IMG/VR virus record: IMGVR_UViG_2547132281_000013
Location: 1-21,103 of that record
DNA length: 21,103 nucleotides
Source of the DNA: a virus
Taxonomy: Duplodnaviria; Heunggongvirae; Uroviricota; Caudoviricetes
Reading direction: 5' to 3' (one strand)
The position numbers and the translations under genes are program-made. Every line of letters starts with the position of its first letter. Position 1 is the stretch's first letter. Below are positions 17,164-21,103 of this stretch, piece after piece. The notes under the pieces were generated by a model. That model saw only the letters and a list, made by a program, of their open reading frames with translations, did not search any database and was not told where the DNA came from.

Positions 17164-17514
17164 TTAACAGCCTAACGCTAAAAATGAAGCGCCGAGACCT
17201 GGAGTACTGGCTCTGGATATAAATTTAACCGGGTCGGAACTAAAAGCTGCGCAGGCAATATAACCAACAGACCCGCTATCTGGTGTGTAGTCTTGTGAGA
17301 CCAAAACACGCAGACATCGGTTTGGAAATGCAATCGGAAAATGGGTTACCACATCCTGTGCAATGCCTGGTGCGCCGATTGAGCCCCACTGAAGAATAAA
17401 ACCAGATGGTAATTTTTGATATCCAGTACCTGAAACAGAAAGCGTGAAGCTACCCATATCAGGTATCTGATTCGTCCCTGTCCCCACATTCCTTTTTGCC
17501 GCTTCTCCCAAACC
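17164..17514 (-). CDS. alternative tail-fibre C-terminal segment, start-less; expressed only after inversion
   Basis: The frame begins exactly at the crossover core (GGT TTG GGA GAA = GLGE...), matching the ...QNLGLGD... junction in stf. The first 14 ORF-track codons (17515-17556) lie outside the segment and are not coding. Confidence 0.6.
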   Translation of the reverse strand, partial: GLGEAAKRNVGTGTNQIPDMGSFTLSVSGTGYQKLPSGFILQWGSIGAPGIAQDVVTHFPIAFPNRCLRVLVSQDYTPDSGSVGYIACAAFSSDPVKFISRASTPGLGASFLALGC

Positions 17515-17528
17515 AACGTTTATGAAAA
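17503..17528. other. Din-family recombination site, right boundary of the invertible segment
   Basis: TTCTCCCAAACC-AA-CGTTTATGAAAA, about 55 bp upstream of the pin remnant. Shares GGTTTGGGAGA with the left site in inverted orientation. Confidence 0.6.
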
Positions 17529-17582
17529 TGCAGAAATAACAAGCAAATGGCATCATTCCTGCTTTTGTCAGGGAGATCTATC

Positions 17583-17711
17583 ATGCTTATTGGTTATGTA
17601 CGCGTATCAACAAATGACCAGAATACCGATCTACAACGCAATGCGCTGAACTGTGCAGGGTGTGAGCTGATTTTTGAAGACAAGATAAGCGGTACAAAGT
17701 CCGAGACCTAG
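17583..17711 (+). pseudogene. pin: DNA invertase (Pin/Gin/Hin serine recombinase) remnant, N-terminal 42 codons
   Basis: MLIGYVRVSTNDQNTDLQRNALNCAGCELIFEDKISGTKSE matches the conserved N-terminus of Din invertases, including the catalytic Ser in VRVSTNDQ. A stop follows codon 42 and downstream sequence is unrelated. Confidence 0.8.
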
Positions 17712-17748
17712 GGCTGACACTGCTGTTCTTGATGCAAATTAAAGGATT

Positions 17749-17776
17749 TAATAGTGAGTAGCGGCCTTACTAATGT
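17749..17776. terminator. perfect 12-bp stem / 4-nt loop hairpin; candidate bidirectional terminator
   Basis: TAGCGGCCTTAC-TAAT-GTAAGGCCGCTA with AT-rich flanks on both sides. Lies 31 bp past the stop of the minus-strand DUF262/DUF1524 gene. Confidence 0.5.
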
Positions 17777-17806
17777 AAGGCCGCTATAATCATTTTATTA
17801 ATTGCA

Positions 17807-19696
17807 TTAATCGTGTTTTGGCCATACTTTCAATGCAATTTCCCCCAACTTTTTACCCCGCTCCAGGATTTCATCCTCATCCCATTTATCCTTAACTATA
17901 AGTGGAATGTTCAGTCGTAGATTGGTGTGGACGATGAGAGCATCACGTTTTTTCAGAAATACAGCATTCTGAACAGAACGGTTTACGCTAAGGTTAAGCA
18001 AAGTTAGATTTCCCAACGTAGCTATCGCTTGTTGCCGTTTCCTTACCAGTAGCTGTTCAGGGGTAAGATCGGTTCCAGACAGAACAATTTGGTTCAATAC
18101 CGTAGCATCTGAATTTGTCACCATATGACCATTTTCGAGAGGCCAACAGGAAAACCAACTTTGAGGCATAAGATGATCGATATCGAGATTGGAAAGATTT
18201 GGACCATCAGGCTTCTCTGTCTTCACTTGGCGACAAAGTTCTCTTTCAAGTTCCGTTAACATTGAGCGCATTTTCGGTGCGTCGAGCCTGCCAGGATAAA
18301 GTGGAGCATTGATGCAAGCATTGAGAAATTCTGAGTCACCAGGCCAACGTGAGGCTTCGCCATTTAAGCTATTGAGGATATTACGTAACTCAACACTGGA
18401 AATTTCCGTTTTAGACAAGTGCCGCAATACATTCATAAATACATTGTTGTAATTCTTTGGCGTCAGGCCACATACGGCTCTTCGTACTACGTAGGAGACA
18501 AGATCATTATACATGGCTGCTTTCTCATCATCAGCGATGTTAGCTATCGAAATGAACAAAGCAAGCGGATAAAGTGTCGTCACATCATAGTCTGCGATGC
18601 GATATCCAAAGTGTGAGATGGGGGTTGTGCCAAAACCATCAACCAATTCTTTATATTGTGATGCATATTGTTTGAGGCGCTTTACTTGCAGATCTGCTCG
18701 TTGTGAAGACAAGTCCTTACTTACATAATCACGATACTCATTGTAAAGGCGAGACAGATCAATTTCACGCTGCCTTTCTGATTGCAATGTCGCATGTACT
18801 AGCCACTCCATGCGTGGTTTATTAATACGTCCACGGCGTTGCTTTTCCGACCAGTATTTATCTTCAAAGCTCTTCCACTCATTTTCATATAATTCAATAG
18901 CATTAATATTTTCATGCTCAGCGCACATAAAGATATAGTTGCGAATAAGATCCGTGGCATGAAGTTCCGCCCCTCGCCCATTTAATGTTTCAAAAATTAT
19001 TTGGGCATCATCTTCAGCTTCGAGAAATATGCTTACCAGTTTCAGATCTGTTAAGACAGCCTCAATTAGAGCTACAGCATTTTCTTGTGGTGAGTGGTTT
19101 TCTATTTTAATCCATTTTATAAAGGCTTCAGTAAAAAAACATAATGCTTCTAGTGATGGCGGGTGATTAAAATGCTTACGCAACGTACCATGCTGCGTGA
19201 AACTATCAGAGAATACGTCCCGGAGATCGTCAATATTTTCAACATTAAAACTTTGAATAAAATGAGTTTGATCCCGAAAAGTTGGCCATAGTTTGAAGCG
19301 TTCTACTTCTTTATTTCGCATTGTGTCTTCGTTTGAGTTTTTCAGGCAAGGCGAAATGAGAGCCTCTAAGCTGAAAAGATCCGTAGCACGTAATGCTAAT
19401 CGGATGGATGCCAGAACATATTGAAGAGTGGTCAATCGTTGCTGACCATCAATAATATGTATGGAATCTACACCTAATAATCCTTTTTTTGATTGAGGTT
19501 CCAGTACAACCGCACCAAGGAAATGGGGAGTTGGTTTTGTACCCGAGAGCCGGGATTGTGCTTTCTCTAGGATATCCTCCAGTAGAGCTGACCATTGGTC
19601 TTGCTGAGTCCATACATAGGCACGTTGATAGAATGGAACACAGTATTGTCGGCGGTCTTGAAAAAGTTGTTGGACAGTTAGCGTCTCGGATTTCAT
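17807..19696 (-). CDS. DUF262/DUF1524 protein, GmrSD-like candidate type IV (modification-dependent) restriction endonuclease
   Basis: N-terminal DUF262 hallmark ...SIHIIDGQQRLTTLQYVLASI... (DGQQR). C-terminal DUF1524-type His-Me finger motifs ...LDIDHLMPQSW... and ...LGNLTLLNLSVNRSVQN.... The likely start is the ATG at 19696 (MKSETLTVQQLF...) with AGGT upstream; the maximal ORF extends to 19756 but has no RBS. Confidence 0.75.
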   Translation of the reverse strand: MKSETLTVQQLFQDRRQYCVPFYQRAYVWTQQDQWSALLEDILEKAQSRLSGTKPTPHFLGAVVLEPQSKKGLLGVDSIHIIDGQQRLTTLQYVLASIRLALRATDLFSLEALISPCLKNSNEDTMRNKEVERFKLWPTFRDQTHFIQSFNVENIDDLRDVFSDSFTQHGTLRKHFNHPPSLEALCFFTEAFIKWIKIENHSPQENAVALIEAVLTDLKLVSIFLEAEDDAQIIFETLNGRGAELHATDLIRNYIFMCAEHENINAIELYENEWKSFEDKYWSEKQRRGRINKPRMEWLVHATLQSERQREIDLSRLYNEYRDYVSKDLSSQRADLQVKRLKQYASQYKELVDGFGTTPISHFGYRIADYDVTTLYPLALFISIANIADDEKAAMYNDLVSYVVRRAVCGLTPKNYNNVFMNVLRHLSKTEISSVELRNILNSLNGEASRWPGDSEFLNACINAPLYPGRLDAPKMRSMLTELERELCRQVKTEKPDGPNLSNLDIDHLMPQSWFSCWPLENGHMVTNSDATVLNQIVLSGTDLTPEQLLVRKRQQAIATLGNLTLLNLSVNRSVQNAVFLKKRDALIVHTNLRLNIPLIVKDKWDEDEILERGKKLGEIALKVWPKHD

Positions 19697-19874
19697 GGTA
19701 TACCTGTAAGCGACATTGTACAAAAGTGAGGAGTTAATCTGATTTAGAACAATCATTTTATTTTGCTATGATACAACGTATTTGTTACCGGTTAAGCAAA
19801 AAACGCGTCTGAACGCTGACGTTTTAGGGCTTTACTGGTTATTCTTTCTTATCTCTTCATCATTGGATTTGCCC

Positions 19875-20780
19875 CTATATTTCCAGACATCTGTTATCAC
19901 TTAACCCATTACAAGCCCGCTGCCGCAGATATTCCCGTGGCGAGCGATAACCCAGCGCACTATGCGGATGCCATTCGTTATAATGCTCGAACGCCTCTGC
20001 AAGGTTCTTTGCTGCCGTTAACCCGTCTGGTTTGGGCATGATACTGATGTAGTCACGCTTTATCGTTTTCACGAAGCTCTCTGCTATTCCGTTACTCTCC
20101 GGACTCCGCACCGCCGTGTTCTTCGGTTCAAGTCCCAACATCCGGGCGAACTGGCGTGTTTCATTAGCCCGGTAGCATGAACCATTATCCGTCAGCCACT
20201 CCACTGGAGACGACGGAAGATCGTTGCCGAAGCGGCGTTCCACCGCTCCCAGCATGACGTCCTGTACTGTTTCACTGTTGAAGCCGCCGGTAGTGACCGC
20301 CCAGTGCAGTGCCTCACGATCACAGCAGTCCAGCGCGAACGTGACACGCAGTCTCTCTCCGTTATCACAGCAGAACTCGAACCCGTCAGAGCACCATCGC
20401 TGATTGCTTTCTTTCACGGCCACTCTGCCTGTATGTGCCCGTTTCGATGGCGGTACAGCAGGTTTTCGCTCAAGCAACAGCGCATTCTGGCGCATGATCC
20501 GGTAAACACGTTTGGCATTGATCGCAGGCATACCATCAAGTTCTGCCTGTCTGCGAAGCAGCGCCCATACCCGACGATAACCATACGTGGGCAGCTCTCC
20601 GATAACATGGTGTATACGGAGAAGCACATCCGTATCATCAGTGTGACGACTGCGGCGGCCATCCATCCAGTCATCGGTTCGTCTGAGAATGACGTGCAAC
20701 TGCGCACGCGACACCCGGAGACAACGGCTGACTAAGCTTACTCCCCATCCCCGGGCAATAAGGGCGCGTGCGCTATCCAC
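19875..20780 (-). CDS. insD: IS2 transposase InsD (OrfB, DDE integrase domain)
   Basis: 301 aa, GTG-initiated frame [28 protein letters not shown]... recalled as IS2 InsD. In vivo it is expressed mainly as an InsCD fusion by -1 frameshifting. Confidence 0.85.
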
Positions 20781-21103
20781 TTTTTTGCCCGTCCATATTC
20801 AACGGCTTCTTTGAGGAGTTCATTTTCCATCGTTTTCTTGCCGAGCAGGCGCTGGAGTTCTTTAATCTGCTTCATGGCGGCAGCAAGTTCAGAGGCAGGA
20901 ACAACCTGTTCTCCGGCGGCGACAGCAGTAAGACTTCCTTCCTGGTATTGCTTACGCCAGAGAAATAACTGGCTGGCTGCTACACCATGTTGCCGGGCAA
21001 CGAGGGAGACCGTCATCCCCGGTTCAAAGCTCTGCTGAACAATTGCGATCTTTTCCTGTGTGGTACGCCGTCTGCGTTTCTCCGGCCCTAAGACATCAAT
21101 CAT
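20738..21103 (-). CDS. insC: IS2 InsC (OrfA, HTH)
   Basis: 121 aa, [56 protein letters not shown].... Confidence 0.85.
20780..20786 (-). promoter_or_regulatory. programmed -1 ribosomal frameshift heptamer A AAA AAG (insC to insD)
   Basis: Minus-strand GCA AAA AAG TGG in the insC frame; a -1 slip reads AAA AAA GTG GAT AGC..., which is the insD frame. Confidence 0.7.

Larger units (their letters stand above)
15685..17514. other. invertible tail-fibre segment (about 1.83 kb)
   Basis: Bounded by the inverted 26-bp sites. Contains the stf variable 3' part, two convergent tfa genes and a start-less alternative fibre C-terminus on the opposite strand that stays in frame across the crossover. Confidence 0.65.
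19864..21103 (-). mobile_element. IS2 (IS3 family), partial; the insC-proximal end lies beyond the window
   Basis: Terminal inverted repeat TGGATTTGCCCCTATATTTCCAGACATCTGTTATCACTTAA begins at 19864. insC and insD ORFs with the characteristic A6G frameshift site. The insC ATG is the last codon of the window. Confidence 0.85.

Noticed and set aside
17515-17556. First 14 codons ([14 protein letters not shown]) of ORF-track frame 17164-17556
   Set aside because: They lie outside the invertible segment, past the crossover core, and are simply upstream read-through; the alternative fibre C-terminus has no start of its own.
20304-20968. ORFs 20304-20735, 20414-20707, 20768-20968 and 20811-21038 within IS2
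   Set aside because: Antisense or alternative frames inside the IS2 insC/insD genes.
1-21103. tRNA genes or an att core at the prophage boundary
   Set aside because: No cloverleaf-like conserved tRNA features (GTTC...TPsiC arm context) were recognised by eye, and the window starts inside cargo, so the att site is probably outside it. This cannot be excluded without tRNAscan or similar.

Overview
This window reads as a mosaic, defective e14-like lambdoid prophage of an Escherichia/Enterobacteriaceae genome, interrupted by two insertion sequences. All calls rest on reading the six-frame translations and the DNA by eye; no database search was run. Left to right: an AT-rich cargo gene for a polytopic membrane protein (1-852), a lambda-family integrase and excisionase (836-2295, minus), a leftward early operon (DUF551-like, a frameshifted HD-domain YfdR-like gene, YfdQ-like, YfdP-like), a plus-strand moron ORF overlapping a small leftward gene (5263-5875), the immunity region (CI-like S24 repressor 6109-6783, divergent Cro-like gene, TGTAC-N7-GTACA operators on both sides of cI), a YmfL-like regulator and a truncated replication-protein gene. 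A complete IS66-family element (8799-11497) with an 8-bp target duplication sits in a small minus-strand ORF. Then come HNH endonuclease, terminase small subunit and a truncated terminase large subunit joined directly to a P2-like baseplate/tail-fibre module (J-like, I-like, side tail fibre, two convergent tail-fibre assembly genes). The tail-fibre C-terminus lies in a Din-type invertible segment (15685-17514) whose invertase gene is reduced to about 42 codons. The most interesting element is a DUF262/DUF1524 (GmrSD-like) candidate type IV restriction gene (17807-19696, minus) in the slot where e14 carries mcrA, followed by a partial IS2 running off the window end. No rRNA, tRNA or CRISPR array was recognised.
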